Shown here one piece after another: positions 35,298-45,452 of a DNA stretch of 64,000 bases. The DNA is from Burkholderiales bacterium (lineage in GTDB: Bacteria; Pseudomonadota; Gammaproteobacteria; Burkholderiales; SG8-41): the NCBI GenBank assembly GCA_020854035.1, contig JADZGE010000076.1, forward strand, positions 18,027 through 82,026. Reading direction: 5' to 3'. The translations under genes and the position numbers were made by a program. How positions within the stretch are numbered: the first letter of the stretch is position 1; each line of letters opens with the position of its first letter. The notes beneath the pieces are model-generated. The model saw nothing but the letters and a program-made list of their open reading frames with translations. It did not search any database and had not been told where the DNA came from.

Positions 35298-35372
35298 TGG
35301 TGCCGGCAGTCTGAATCGAACAGACGACCTACCGCTTACAAGGCGGTTGCTCTACCGCTGAGCTATGCCGGC
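35298..35372 (-). tRNA. tRNA-Thr (anticodon UGU)
   Basis: Reverse complement GCCGGCATAGCTCAGCGGTAGAGCAACCGCCTTGTAAGCGGTAGGTCGTCTGTTCGATTCAGACTGCCGGCACCA folds as a cloverleaf: 7-bp acceptor stem, anticodon stem ACCGC/GCGGT with loop CTTGTAA, GTTCGATTC T-loop, encoded CCA. Confidence 0.9.
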
Positions 35373-35505
35373 GGCCGGGCGCATTATAAGGGATGTCCGC
35401 CGGGTGTCGAGCGAACCGTGCGCGGGTGCGGGCGGCTCGACTCCTCGCGCGCCGGGCCACCCGCGGCCTCCCACTATAATGGCCGCCCACCACACGGGAG
35501 GCGGC

Positions 35506-36402
35506 ATGTCGGAAGCAAGGGAAACAATCGGGCTCGTCGGCGCGGGGCTGATGGGCATGGCGTGCGCGAAGCGGTTGATCGACGCCGGGTTCGGCGTGCT
35601 GGCCCACGACGTCGATCCCGCGAAGCTCGACCGGTTGCGGGCGGCCGGCGGGCGGGCGGCGGGGTCGCTCGGCGAGATCGCGCGATCGTGCCGCAGGATC
35701 GTGCTTGCGGTCTTCGACACCGCGCAGGTCGAGGAGGTCATCGAGGGACCTGGCGGGCTCGTCGCGACGGCGCCGCGGGAACGATCGCCCGTGGCCGTGT
35801 GCGTGAGCACCTGCGACCCCGACCGCATCGCGGCGCTCGTGTCGAGACTGCCCGGCGGGGGCCTGCGCTACGTCGAGGCGCCGGTGTCGGGCACGAGCGA
35901 CCAGGTGGCCCGGGGCGATGCGCTGGGACTGATCGGAGGCGACGCGGCGGCAATCGAAGATGCGCGCGCCGTCATCGAGGCGATAGCGCCGCGGTGGCGT
36001 CATCTCGGGCCCGCCGGCAGCGGCGGGCGCGCCAAGCTCGCGGTGAACCTCATCCTCGGCGTGAACCGCGCGGCCCTCGCGGAGGGACTGGTATTCGCCG
36101 AGCGCATGGGCCTCGACGCGGCCGCATTCCTCGCCGTCGCGCGCGAGTCGGCCGCCTACTCGCAGGTGATGGACGTGAAGGGCCCCAAGATGGTGGCGGG
36201 CGACTTCTCACCCCACGGCTTCGTCTCGCAATCGCTGAAGGACTTCTCGCTCATGGCCGAGCAGGCGCGGCGCGCCGGGCAACGGCTGCCGCTCGCCGAG
36301 ACCTACACCGACCTCATGCAGGGGTGCGTCGCCCGGGGCGAGGGCGATCTCGACAACGCCGCGGTGATCCGGGAGATCCGCCGCAGGAGGGCCGGCGGGT
36401 AG
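35506..36402 (+). CDS. NAD(P)-dependent oxidoreductase, 3-hydroxyisobutyrate/6-phosphogluconate dehydrogenase-like
   Basis: IGLVGAGLMGMACAKRLIDAGFGV Rossmann start and later GSGGRAKLAVNL. GGGAGG upstream of ATG 35506. Confidence 0.8.
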   Translation: MSEARETIGLVGAGLMGMACAKRLIDAGFGVLAHDVDPAKLDRLRAAGGRAAGSLGEIARSCRRIVLAVFDTAQVEEVIEGPGGLVATAPRERSPVAVCVSTCDPDRIAALVSRLPGGGLRYVEAPVSGTSDQVARGDALGLIGGDAAAIEDARAVIEAIAPRWRHLGPAGSGGRAKLAVNLILGVNRAALAEGLVFAERMGLDAAAFLAVARESAAYSQVMDVKGPKMVAGDFSPHGFVSQSLKDFSLMAEQARRAGQRLPLAETYTDLMQGCVARGEGDLDNAAVIREIRRRRAGG

Positions 36403-36678
36403 CCGTTCAAGCGGGCGTCCTGTTGCGTTCGCGCGGCCGGGGGCCGGCCGGCGGGCCTGAGTTGCCCCGCCACCGGCAGCACGGTTGCGGCCACGCGGGG
36501 GAAACCGCGGACTCCCGGTCCGTTCCAGGACGCGTTGCGCCCAGGCTCTGCCGCCGCTGACGATCGACGTGCGCCGCGCGCGAGATGATCGCGGGCGCGC
36601 CGGTTTCTTCCCCGCGGCTCGCTTGCGGCGCTCCCGGGAACTGCAAGCGGGAATCCTCCGCCCCGGGAAATTCCGCCG

Positions 36679-37146
36679 CTACTTGATGACCTGTAGCCGC
36701 GGCTTGCCGCCGTTCTGTGGGGCGGCCGGCGGCTCGGGTTCGGGGCACGGGCCGGCGGCGGGTTCGCCGGGCTGCTCGGGGGGAAACATGAGTCCCTGGC
36801 CGTTCTCCTTGGCGAAGATGCCCGTGACGGCGTCGAGCGGAATGGAGCACTCCCGCGACACGCCGTTGAACCGCGCGGCGAACTGGATGAGATCGTTGCC
36901 GATCGTCAGGCGATGCGTCGCGTCGAGGCTGACGTTAAGCACGATCTCGCCGTTCTTCACATGCTCGGCCGGCACGCGGGTGTTCGCGTCGACGCGCACC
37001 GCGAGGTACGGCGTCATGTTGCTGTCCGTGCACCACTCGTGGATGGCGCGGATGAGGTAGGGCTTGGTCGGTCTCTCGGCCACGGGAGCTACCGCGAAGT
37101 TGGACGAGGAACGAGGAACGGGGAACTCGGGTGCGCGGCGCCGCAC
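36679..37146 (-). CDS. sspB: ClpXP specificity-enhancing factor SspB
   Basis: KPYLIRAIHEWCTDSNMTPYLAVRVD... and a C-terminal ...GGKPRLQVIK ClpX-binding-like tail. Directly downstream of sspA. The start may be internal (GTG near 37086). Confidence 0.8.
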   Translation of the reverse strand: MRRRAPEFPVPRSSSNFAVAPVAERPTKPYLIRAIHEWCTDSNMTPYLAVRVDANTRVPAEHVKNGEIVLNVSLDATHRLTIGNDLIQFAARFNGVSRECSIPLDAVTGIFAKENGQGLMFPPEQPGEPAAGPCPEPEPPAAPQNGGKPRLQVIK

Positions 37147-37184
37147 CCCCTGTCTCGCATATCGCTTTCCGGGTTAAGCATCGG

Positions 37185-37784
37185 TCACTTCCGCATGACC
37201 TTCTCGGAAGCGGTCAGCGCGTCGATGAAGGCGGGCCGGCTGAACAGGCGCTCGGCGTACTTCATGAGCGGGGCGCACTGCTTCGGCAGCTGTATTGCGT
37301 AGGCGTCGAGCCGCCACAGGAGCGGCGCGATCGCGACGTCGAGCATGGTGAACTCCTCGCCCAGCATGTGCTTCTGCTTGGCGAATACCGGCGCGATCTG
37401 CGTCAGGTTGTCGCGGATGACGGCGCGGCCCTTCTCCGCCTGCTTCTGCGTGCCCTTCTCGATCGACTCGATGTGGCTGAACATCTCCTGTTCGAACCGG
37501 AACAGGAACAGCCGCGCGCGGGCGCGCATGACGGGATCGGCGGGCATCAGCTGCGGGTGCGGAAAGCGATCGTCGATGTACTCGTTGATGATGTTCGACT
37601 CGTAGAGGATGAGATCCCGCTCGACCAGCACCGGCACCTTGTTGTACGGGTTCATCACCGCCAGGTCTTCCGGCTTGTTGAACAGATCGACGTCGACGAT
37701 CTGGAAGTCCATGCCCTTCTCGTAGAGCACGATGCGGCAGCGCTGGCTGAACGGGCAGGTCGTGCCGGAATAAAGGGTCATCAT
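37185..37784 (-). CDS. sspA: stringent starvation protein A (GST-like)
   Basis: MMTLYSGTTCPFSQRCRIVLYEKGMDFQIVDVDLFNKPEDLAVMNPYNKVPVLVERDLILYESNIINEYIDDRFPHPQLMP. Confidence 0.9.
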   Translation of the reverse strand: MMTLYSGTTCPFSQRCRIVLYEKGMDFQIVDVDLFNKPEDLAVMNPYNKVPVLVERDLILYESNIINEYIDDRFPHPQLMPADPVMRARARLFLFRFEQEMFSHIESIEKGTQKQAEKGRAVIRDNLTQIAPVFAKQKHMLGEEFTMLDVAIAPLLWRLDAYAIQLPKQCAPLMKYAERLFSRPAFIDALTASEKVMRK

Positions 37785-37864
37785 GGCGGCGGCGGGCGGA
37801 AAGTGATCGTCCGGGTCGGGGTCGCGTGGCGATTGCGGCCGGGGAGGCGCGGCGCCGGCCAAGG

Positions 37865-38644
37865 CTAGTGCACGTCCTTCCAGAATTCCTTCTTCAGCGC
37901 GTAAGCAAGCACGAACGTGACGAGAAGGAAGCCGATCACGTAGACGCCGAGCCGCTCGCGGTCGCGCCGCGCCGGCTCGGCCATGTAGACCATGAAGTTC
38001 ACGAGGTCGGCGACCATCCGGTCGTACTCGACGGGAGAGAGTTCCCCCGGCTTCTCCAGCACGAGACGCCGTACCTCCCGGCGCTCGACCTCCTCCTCCT
38101 TCGGCCCCGAACGGCGCTCGATCACCTCGGTCTTCAGCACCTGCTCGCCCTGCAGCCGGTGCAGTACGTGCGGCATGCCGACGTCCGGGAACACCGTGTT
38201 GTTCCAGCCGCCGGGACGCGTTGCGTCGCGGTAGAACCCGCGCAGGTAGGAGTAGAGCCAGTCCGCGCCGCTGCCGCCGTCGGAGGCTCGCGAGCGCGCG
38301 ATCACGGAAAGGTCCGGCGGCGCCACGCCGAACCACTCGCGGGCGCTCTTCGCGTCCATGGCGGTCTTCATGAGATCGCCGACCTTCGCCTGCGTGAGGA
38401 TCAGGTTGTCGCGTATCTGCTGCTCGGTCAGGCCGAGGTCCTGCAGCCGGTTGTAGCGCATGTAGGATGCGCCGTGGCAGCCCAGGCAGTAATTGACGTA
38501 GGTGCGCGCGCCGCGCTGGAGCGAGGCGAGGTCCTCCGTACCCGCGTCGGCCGGCATGCGATCGAGTTTCACGCTCTCCGAGGCGGGCGCGGCGAGCGGC
38601 GCGAGAACGAAGGCGGCAACGAGACCCAGCGCGGCGGCTCTCAT
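37865..38644 (-). CDS. petC: ubiquinol-cytochrome c reductase cytochrome c1 subunit
   Basis: Signal peptide, CLGCHG haem-binding motif, C-terminal TM anchor. ATG overlaps the petB stop (ATGA). Confidence 0.9.
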   Translation of the reverse strand: MRAAALGLVAAFVLAPLAAPASESVKLDRMPADAGTEDLASLQRGARTYVNYCLGCHGASYMRYNRLQDLGLTEQQIRDNLILTQAKVGDLMKTAMDAKSAREWFGVAPPDLSVIARSRASDGGSGADWLYSYLRGFYRDATRPGGWNNTVFPDVGMPHVLHRLQGEQVLKTEVIERRSGPKEEEVERREVRRLVLEKPGELSPVEYDRMVADLVNFMVYMAEPARRDRERLGVYVIGFLLVTFVLAYALKKEFWKDVH

Positions 38645-40080
38645 CAGTGCGCTCCCCACGTCACGCGATCCGGCTCGGGCCTGGTCTTCTCCATCCGGCT
38701 GTACCAGGGCATGAGCAGGAAAAAGGCGAAATAGGCGAAGGTGCAGATCTGCGCGATGAGGGTCCGCCCCTCGGTGACCGACAGCGTGCCGAGGTAGCCC
38801 AGCACGAAGAACACGATCACGAACAGCGCGAGCGCGGTGCGCGTGAGCGCGCCCTTGTAGCGCATCGACTTCACGGGGCTGCGGTCGAGCCAGGGCAGCA
38901 GGAAGTAGATGAGCGTCGCCACTCCCATCAGCGCGACACCCCACACCTTCGGATCGACGACGAGCGCGTCGGGTCCCTTCATGAAGAAGATCAGCACCGC
39001 CCCCACTGCCGCTGCCGCGAACTTCACGCGGCCATCGCGCGCCGTGCGCCATATCAGGACGACGTAGGCCGCGACCCCGAGGGCGAGGAAGATCATGAAG
39101 TCCTCGGTGCACGCCCGCAGGATGGAGTAGTACGGGGTGAAGTACCACACCGGCGCGATGTGCGGGGGCGTCTTCAGCGGATCGGCGGGGATGAAGTTGT
39201 TGTACTCGAGGAAATAGCCTCCGAATTCGGGCATGAAGAAGGCGATGACGGAAAAAACGATCAGGAAGACGACCACGCCGAGCGTGTCCTTGACCGTGTA
39301 ATAGGGATGGAACGGGATCCCGTCGAGCGGCCGCCCGGTCTGCGGGTCCTTCCGCCGCTTGATTTCCACGCCGTCGGGGTTGTTCGATCCCACTTCGTGC
39401 AGCGCCATGATGTGCGCGGCAACGAGCCCGAGCAGCGCGAGCGGTATCGCGACGACGTGGAAGGCGAAAAACCGGTTCAGCGTCGCGTCCGAGACCACGT
39501 AGTCGCCGCGGATCCACAGCGCGAGATCGGGGCCGATGACCGGCACGGCGTCGAAGAGGTTGACGATCACTTGCGCGCCCCAGTAGGACATCTGCCCCCA
39601 CGGCAGCAGGTAGCCGAAGAAGGCCTCGGCCATGAGGCAGAGGTAGATCACCATGCCGAAGATCCACACCAGCTCGCGCGGCTCACGGTACGAGCCGTAC
39701 ATCAGCCCGCGGAACATGTGAAGGTAGACCACGATGAAGAAGAACGACGCGCCGGTCGAGTGCAGGTAGCGGATCAGCCAGCCGTAGGGCACCTCGCGCA
39801 TGATGTACTCGACGGAGGCAAACGCCTGCGCGGCGTCCGGCTTGTAGTGCATGGTGAGAAAGATGCCCGTGACGATCTGCAGCACGAGCACGAACATCGC
39901 CAGCGAGCCGAAGTAGTACCAGAAATTGAAGTTCTTCGGCGCGTAGTACTCGGCGAGATGCTCGCGCCACAGCGACATCAGCGGGAAGCGCCGGTCGGCC
40001 CAGGTGAGGAGCCCGGAAAGCGCTCCGTTCAGCGGGCCCGCCCAGTCGACCGTCACCGGCTGTTTTTCCGCGGCCGCCAT
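38644..40080 (-). CDS. petB: ubiquinol-cytochrome c reductase cytochrome b subunit
   Basis: NFNFWYYFGSLAMFVLVLQIVTGIFLTMHYKP, RYLHSTGASFFF, PEW-like region. 478 aa from ATG 40080. Confidence 0.9.
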   Translation of the reverse strand: MAAAEKQPVTVDWAGPLNGALSGLLTWADRRFPLMSLWREHLAEYYAPKNFNFWYYFGSLAMFVLVLQIVTGIFLTMHYKPDAAQAFASVEYIMREVPYGWLIRYLHSTGASFFFIVVYLHMFRGLMYGSYREPRELVWIFGMVIYLCLMAEAFFGYLLPWGQMSYWGAQVIVNLFDAVPVIGPDLALWIRGDYVVSDATLNRFFAFHVVAIPLALLGLVAAHIMALHEVGSNNPDGVEIKRRKDPQTGRPLDGIPFHPYYTVKDTLGVVVFLIVFSVIAFFMPEFGGYFLEYNNFIPADPLKTPPHIAPVWYFTPYYSILRACTEDFMIFLALGVAAYVVLIWRTARDGRVKFAAAAVGAVLIFFMKGPDALVVDPKVWGVALMGVATLIYFLLPWLDRSPVKSMRYKGALTRTALALFVIVFFVLGYLGTLSVTEGRTLIAQICTFAYFAFFLLMPWYSRMEKTRPEPDRVTWGAH

Positions 40081-40082
40081 CG

Positions 40083-40685
40083 CTACGCTCCCCTGGTGTC
40101 GTCGCCGACCAGGATCCGCGTGTCGCTTAGGAACCTGTACGGCGGCACCTTGAGGTTGTCCGGGGCGGGCTTGTTCTTGTAGACGCGGCCCGCGAGATCG
40201 AAGAGCGAGCCGTGGCAGGGGCAGTAGAAGCCGCCATTCCAGGCGGCGTCGAAGGGCTCGGCGCCGGCCTTGAGCTTGTCCTGCGGGGAGCAGCCAAGGT
40301 GGGTGCAGATGCCGACGACCACCAGCACCTCGGGCTTGATCGAGCGGAATTCGTTGCGCGCGTACTCCGGCGTGAGTTCCGCGGGCTTGCGCTCGCTGTT
40401 CGGATCGGCAACCTTGTCGTCGTCGGCCTTGACCGCGTCGAGCATTTCCTTCGTGCGGCGCAGGACCCATACCGGCTGCCCGCGCCATTCCACGGTGAGT
40501 TTCTCCCCGGGGCCGAGCTGGGCGATGTCCACTTCCACCGGCGCGCCGGCGGCCTTCGCGCGCTCGGAGGGCAGCATGCTCGCGACGAATGGCACCGCGG
40601 TTGCCGCCGTGGCAATGCCGCCGGCAACCCCCGTGGCGGCGATGAGGAGGCGCCGCTTGCCTTCGTCCAACTCCTTGTCAGGCAT
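40083..40685 (-). CDS. petA: ubiquinol-cytochrome c reductase Rieske iron-sulfur subunit
   Basis: Tat-type KRRLLIAATG signal and CTHLGC...CPCHGS Rieske boxes. AAGGA Shine-Dalgarno before ATG 40685. Confidence 0.9.
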   Translation of the reverse strand: MPDKELDEGKRRLLIAATGVAGGIATAATAVPFVASMLPSERAKAAGAPVEVDIAQLGPGEKLTVEWRGQPVWVLRRTKEMLDAVKADDDKVADPNSERKPAELTPEYARNEFRSIKPEVLVVVGICTHLGCSPQDKLKAGAEPFDAAWNGGFYCPCHGSLFDLAGRVYKNKPAPDNLKVPPYRFLSDTRILVGDDTRGA

Positions 40686-40979
40686 GTGTTTATTCCTTGG
40701 CGCTGAAAACACGGCATTTTACACAAAGCGTGCGGGAAGATTAAGAGAATATTCGAAAAATGAAGCCGGATCAGTCGCTTGCTCCTGCCAGCCGGCGTCG
40801 CCTCACCCCTTCCCCGGGGTCGCTCCCCGGCGCCATCTGCGTGTAAGATTACGCGCGAGGGAGTTGAGACCAACAAGCGGCGGCCGGCCGTGCACGCGAC
40901 GAGTCCCGCGACCCGCGTGGTCCCCGGCGCGGCGGGTTCCCGGTTCGCGGCCCGCCCCGCGGCGTCTCCAGGCAATTCG

Positions 40980-42137
40980 ATGCGCAAGCTCTGGCTCGTC
41001 TTCAGCCAGACCGCAACCGTGTGTCTTGCGGTCCTGTTCGTCGTATCCACGCTGCGCCCGGATCTCCTCGCGCCGTCGCGGGAAGCGGCCGCGCCGCCCG
41101 TGCAGGCGGCGGAGAGCGATCCCCCGCGCGAGCCCGCCGTCATCTCCTTCAGCGCGGCGGCGCGCCGGGCGATGCCGGCCGTCGTCAACATCTACACCAG
41201 CCAGGACGTGAAGCGCCCGCGCAACCCGCTGGCGGACGACCCGGTGTTTCGCTACTTTTTCGGCGGAGAGGCCGATCCCGGCGTGCAGCGGCGCGAGGGT
41301 CTCGGCTCGGGCGTCATCGTGAGCGACAAGGGCTACGTGCTCACCAACCACCACGTCGTCGAAGCGGTGGATCAGATCGAAGTCGCGCTCGCCGATGCGC
41401 GGAAGGTTCCGGCGCGCGTCGTCGGCACCGACCCCGACACCGACCTCGCGGTGCTCAAGATCGATCTGCCGCGATTGCCCGTGATCGCATTCGGCAGCGC
41501 CGACGAAGTACGCGTCGGCGACGTCGTGCTCGCGATCGGCAACCCGTTCGGCGTGGGCCAGACGGTGACGCTCGGCATCGTGAGCGCGCTCGGGCGCACG
41601 CAGCTCGGCATCACCACCTACGAGAGCTTCATCCAGACCGACGCCACGATACAACCCGGGAACTCCGGCGGGGCGCTGGTCGACTCGAGCGGGAAGCTCA
41701 TCGGGATCAACACCGCCATCTACTCGCGCTCGCCGCGCGGCGAGTCGATGGGCATCGGCTACGCGATCCCGGTGTCGATCGCCCGCGAGGTCATGGAGCA
41801 GATCATCCGCGACGGGTCGGTCACGCGCGGCTGGATCGGGGTGGGCGGGCGCGACCTCACGAAGGAGCTTTCCGAGACGCTGCAGGTCGCCGTGCGGAGC
41901 GGCGCGCTGATCACGCACGTGGTGCGCGGCGGCCCCGCGGAGGCCGCGGGCGTGAAGCCCGGCGATGTGCTGGTGGCGATCAACGACACCCCGGTCGGCG
42001 ACTGGAGCGCGGTGCTGAACCTGATCTCGGTGCAGAAGCCCGGTGAACAGGCGCGGCTGCGGATCGCGCGCGCGCAAGGCGGGGCCGAGCTCGCGGTCAC
42101 CATCGGCCGCCGCCCGCGCCCGCAGCGCGAGAGGTAG
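40980..42137 (+). CDS. HtrA-family serine protease with single PDZ domain (DegS/AlgW-like)
   Basis: N-terminal TM anchor. Catalytic triad context (TNHHVV, DTDLAVLKI, GNSGGAL). One C-terminal PDZ (GALITHVVRGGPAEAAGVKPGDVLVAIND). Confidence 0.85.
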   Translation: MRKLWLVFSQTATVCLAVLFVVSTLRPDLLAPSREAAAPPVQAAESDPPREPAVISFSAAARRAMPAVVNIYTSQDVKRPRNPLADDPVFRYFFGGEADPGVQRREGLGSGVIVSDKGYVLTNHHVVEAVDQIEVALADARKVPARVVGTDPDTDLAVLKIDLPRLPVIAFGSADEVRVGDVVLAIGNPFGVGQTVTLGIVSALGRTQLGITTYESFIQTDATIQPGNSGGALVDSSGKLIGINTAIYSRSPRGESMGIGYAIPVSIAREVMEQIIRDGSVTRGWIGVGGRDLTKELSETLQVAVRSGALITHVVRGGPAEAAGVKPGDVLVAINDTPVGDWSAVLNLISVQKPGEQARLRIARAQGGAELAVTIGRRPRPQRER

Positions 42138-42144
42138 CGGCGCC

Positions 42145-42175
42145 GCGCCCGGCGGTGGAACATCGCCGCGGGCGC
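42145..42175. terminator. GC-rich stem-loop between convergent protease and tatC genes
   Basis: GCGCCCGGCG ... CGCCGCGGGCGC imperfect inverted repeat in the 45-nt convergent gap. No U-run. Confidence 0.25.
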
Positions 42176-42182
42176 GTCTCCG

Positions 42183-42968
42183 TCAGGGCTTTCGTTCCGG
42201 GTCCGGCTCCGCGCCCGCCGCGACCGCCGGCACGTCGCCCGCCGCGGGGGGCGCGGGCCGCCCCGCGAATCGCAGCGCGACGAGTCCCAGTTCGTAGAGC
42301 AGCCACATCGGTATCGCGAGGAGCAGTTGCGAGAGCACGTCGGGCGGGGTCACGACCGCCGCGATCACGAATGCGCCGACGACGACGTAGGGCCGCATCT
42401 CACGGAGCTTTTCCGGCGTCACGATCCCGGTGCGCACCAGCACCACCTGCGCCAGCGGGATCTCGAAGGTAATCCCGAACGCGATGAACATCGTCATCAC
42501 GAAATTGAGGTAGGCCTCGATGTCCGGCGCGGGTGTGATCGCGCTCGGCGCGTAGGCGTGGATCGCGTGGAACACCAGCCGGAACACCACGAAGTGGCAG
42601 TACGCCACCCCGATCAGGAAGAGCACGGTGCTGCTGACGACCAGCGGCAGCGCGACGCGCTTCTCGTGGGCGTACAGTCCCGGCGCGACGAACGCCCAGG
42701 CCTGGTAGAGCACGTAGGGCAGCGCGATCAGGAACGCGGCGAGCAGCGTCACCTTGAGCGGCACCAGGATCGGCGTCACGACACCGGTCGCGATCATGCG
42801 CGTGCCCTCCGGCAGCGACCGCATCATGGGCTGCGCGAGAAGATCGTACACCCCGCCGATGCCCGGCCACACCGCGAGCAGCCCGGTCACCACGCCGATC
42901 GCGATGAGCGACCGCAGCAGCCGGTCGCGCAGTTCGACGAGATGTGAAATGAAGGTATCTTCGCTCAT
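42183..42968 (-). CDS. tatC: twin-arginine translocase subunit TatC
   Basis: MSEDTFISHLVELRDRLLRSLIAI..., six TM segments. Confidence 0.9.
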   Translation of the reverse strand: MSEDTFISHLVELRDRLLRSLIAIGVVTGLLAVWPGIGGVYDLLAQPMMRSLPEGTRMIATGVVTPILVPLKVTLLAAFLIALPYVLYQAWAFVAPGLYAHEKRVALPLVVSSTVLFLIGVAYCHFVVFRLVFHAIHAYAPSAITPAPDIEAYLNFVMTMFIAFGITFEIPLAQVVLVRTGIVTPEKLREMRPYVVVGAFVIAAVVTPPDVLSQLLLAIPMWLLYELGLVALRFAGRPAPPAAGDVPAVAAGAEPDPERKP

Positions 42969-43036
42969 GCGCGACACGGGGCGAACCGTGACCCTGATCG
43001 TTCGGCCGGCGAGGCGGCGCGTGGCGCGCGCCCGGG

Positions 43037-43456
43037 TTACCCCTGCTTCGCCGCGGGGGGCGGGGCGCCCGCTTCGAGCGCGAGATCGAGCTGCCGCGCG
43101 CCGCCGGATTGCGCGGGAGCCGCAGGATCCGCCGCGGCCGGTGCCCCCGCCTGCTCTTGCGCCGCGGGGTCCGCCGCGGCGGCGAGCTCGTCGAGCCCGC
43201 TTTTCGCCTCGTTGAAGTCCCGCTCGACCGAGCTCTGGATGGACCGGGCGGCGTCTTCGACGCTCGACTGGAGCCGGCGCAGCTCCTCGAGCTCCATTTC
43301 GCGCGCGATGTCGGCCTTGACGTCGTTCACGTAGCGCTGCATGCGGCCGAACAGGTGCCCGAGCGTGCGCGCGACCCGCGGCAGCCGTTCGGGCCCGATC
43401 ACGATCAGCGCGACGATCGCGATCACGAGCAACTCGGAGAATCCGATATCGAACAT
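43037..43456 (-). CDS. tatB: twin-arginine translocase subunit TatB
   Basis: MFDIGFSELLVIAIVALIVIGPERLPRVARTLG. Confidence 0.9.
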   Translation of the reverse strand: MFDIGFSELLVIAIVALIVIGPERLPRVARTLGHLFGRMQRYVNDVKADIAREMELEELRRLQSSVEDAARSIQSSVERDFNEAKSGLDELAAAADPAAQEQAGAPAAADPAAPAQSGGARQLDLALEAGAPPPAAKQG

Positions 43457-43549
43457 GAACGTGAAACGTCAATCCTGACAGGTGAAACGCCCGCGCCGGG
43501 CGGCCGGCGCGAGGGCGAGCGCCGCGCAGGGCGCTTCACGTTCCACTTC

Positions 43550-43780
43550 TCACGTCTTCGGCGTCTCCTTCCGTGCCTCGCCGTCGATCGTCTGTCCGCT
43601 GGCGGGCGGGATCTCGGGCTTCGCCTGCGACGGCCCCGCCTCCTCGGACTTCATGCCGTCCTTGAAGCCCTTGACCGCGCTGCCGAGATCGGCGCCCAGG
43701 TTGCGCAGCTTCTTGGTGCCGAAGACCAGCACCACCACCAGCAGCACGATCAGCCAGTGCCAGATGCTAAGCGATCCCAT
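43550..43780 (-). CDS. tatA: twin-arginine translocase subunit TatA
   Basis: [40 protein letters not shown]. Confidence 0.9.
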   Translation of the reverse strand: MGSLSIWHWLIVLLVVVLVFGTKKLRNLGADLGSAVKGFKDGMKSEEAGPSQAKPEIPPASGQTIDGEARKETPKT

Positions 43781-43825
43781 GTCGGTTCTCCTCGATGCGC
43801 CGGCCGTGCGAAGCGAGCCGCGCCC

Positions 43826-44149
43826 TTACACGAGCCGGGAGCGCTTCTCGTCGATTCCCGAAATGCCCTCGCGCCGCGCGAGCTCGGCGAGCAAGTCCTC
43901 GGGCGCGATGCCGTGCCATGCGAGCAGCACCAGGCAGTGAAACCACAGGTCGGCGGTTTCGCGTACGAGGTTTAGTTTATCACCGTCCTTGGACGCGAGC
44001 AGGGTCTCCGCCGCCTCCTCGGCCACCTTCTTCAGGATCGCGTCGCCACCCCTGGCGAACAGGCTCGCCACGTACGATCCGGACGGATCCGCGCGCCGGC
44101 GTTCCTCGATGACGCGCGCGAGCCGGGTGAGGACCTCCGCGTCGGTCAT
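43826..44149 (-). CDS. hisE: phosphoribosyl-ATP pyrophosphatase
   Basis: [28 protein letters not shown]...[17 protein letters not shown] overlap with hisI. Confidence 0.9.
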   Translation of the reverse strand: MTDAEVLTRLARVIEERRRADPSGSYVASLFARGGDAILKKVAEEAAETLLASKDGDKLNLVRETADLWFHCLVLLAWHGIAPEDLLAELARREGISGIDEKRSRLV

Positions 44150-44541
44150 CGCCGCCCCCCGTAGATCTCGTCCGGGTCCTTCAGGACCGGATCGACCGCG
44201 ACCCACTTTCCCGCGTCCAGCCTGCGAAAAAAACACGAGTGGCGCCCGGTGTGGCAGGCGATGGCGCCCGCCTGCTCCACTTCCAGCAGCAGCGCGTCCG
44301 CGTCGCAGTCGAGGCGGATGGCAAGCACTTTCTGGACGTGCCCCGATTCCTCCCCCTTGCGCCAGAGCCTGCCGCGCGAGCGCGACCAGTAGTGCGCTTC
44401 GCCCGTTTCGGCCGTCCGGCGCAGCGCCTCCCGGTTCATCCACGCGACAGTCAGCACGCGCCCGCCCGCCGCGTCCTGCGTCACGACGGGCACGAGCCCG
44501 TCCGTGGCCCACTTGACGTTCTCCAGCCAGTCCTGCGGCAT
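44146..44541 (-). CDS. hisI: phosphoribosyl-AMP cyclohydrolase
   Basis: [25 protein letters not shown]...[20 protein letters not shown]...DCDADALLL. Confidence 0.9.
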   Translation of the reverse strand: MPQDWLENVKWATDGLVPVVTQDAAGGRVLTVAWMNREALRRTAETGEAHYWSRSRGRLWRKGEESGHVQKVLAIRLDCDADALLLEVEQAGAIACHTGRHSCFFRRLDAGKWVAVDPVLKDPDEIYGGRR

Positions 44542-44608
44542 GCTTGCACGGTGAAGCGCGAGGCAGGGGCCCCGCTACCCGGGGGATTCTACGCCGCGCG
44601 GCTCGCCG

Positions 44609-45379
44609 TCACAGCCGCACCTCGATCCCGTGCCGCGCCAGGTACTCCTTCGCCTGGCGCACGGTGAACTCGGAGTAGTGGAATACGCTCGCGGCGAGGA
44701 CCGCGTCGGCGCGCCCGAGCAGAATGCCGTCGGCGAGATGGTCGAGGGCGCCGACCCCGCCGCTCGCGATGACCGGCAGCGACAGCGCGTCGGCAAAGGC
44801 CCGGGTGAGCTCCAGGTCGAACCCCGCCCGCGTGCCGTCGCGGTCCATGCTGGTCAACAGGATTTCGCCCGCCCCGCGGCGCTCCATCTCCCGGCCCCAC
44901 GCGAGCGCGTCCCGGCCGCTCGCCCTGCGCCCGCCGTGCGTGTAGACCTCCCACCGCGGCGGCCCCTCGCCAGCCACGCGCCGGGCGTCGACCGCGACGA
45001 CGATGCACTGCGAGCCGTAGCGTGCGGCGGCCTCCTCGACCAGCGCCGGCCGCTCGACGGCGGCGGTGTTGATGCTCACCTTGTCCGCCCCCGCGTTGAG
45101 GAGCCGGCGCACGTCCTCGACGCAGCGCACACCCCCGCCCACGGTAAGCGGAATGAACACCTGCGCGGCCACCGCCTCGATCACCCCGGCGATGAGATCG
45201 CGCCCGTCGCTCGACGCGGTGATGTCGAGGAAGGCGAGTTCGTCGGCGCCCTCGCCGTCGTAGCGGCGCGCGACCTCGACGGGATCACCGGCGTCGCGCA
45301 GCCCGACGAAGTTGACGCCCTTCACCACGCGCCCGCCCGTGACGTCGAGACAGGGGATGATGCGCTTGGCGAGGCCCAT
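44609..45379 (-). CDS. hisF: imidazole glycerol phosphate synthase cyclase subunit
   Basis: [24 protein letters not shown]...[13 protein letters not shown]... Confidence 0.95.
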   Translation of the reverse strand: MGLAKRIIPCLDVTGGRVVKGVNFVGLRDAGDPVEVARRYDGEGADELAFLDITASSDGRDLIAGVIEAVAAQVFIPLTVGGGVRCVEDVRRLLNAGADKVSINTAAVERPALVEEAAARYGSQCIVVAVDARRVAGEGPPRWEVYTHGGRRASGRDALAWGREMERRGAGEILLTSMDRDGTRAGFDLELTRAFADALSLPVIASGGVGALDHLADGILLGRADAVLAASVFHYSEFTVRQAKEYLARHGIEVRL

Positions 45380-45452
45380 GGAGCCGAAGAACGAAGGGGA
45401 AGGACAGCGGCGACAGGAGCGGCCGCCCCGGCCGCGCCTCGTCCCTCACCGT

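Noticed and set aside
40686-40979. Specific -35/-10 promoter for petABC in the AT-richer divergent region (TAAAAT preceded 17 nt upstream by TTAATC on the minus strand).
   Set aside because: Only 3/6 match at -35, and several alternative hexamers exist. The region is plausibly a promoter zone, but no individual site is convincing.
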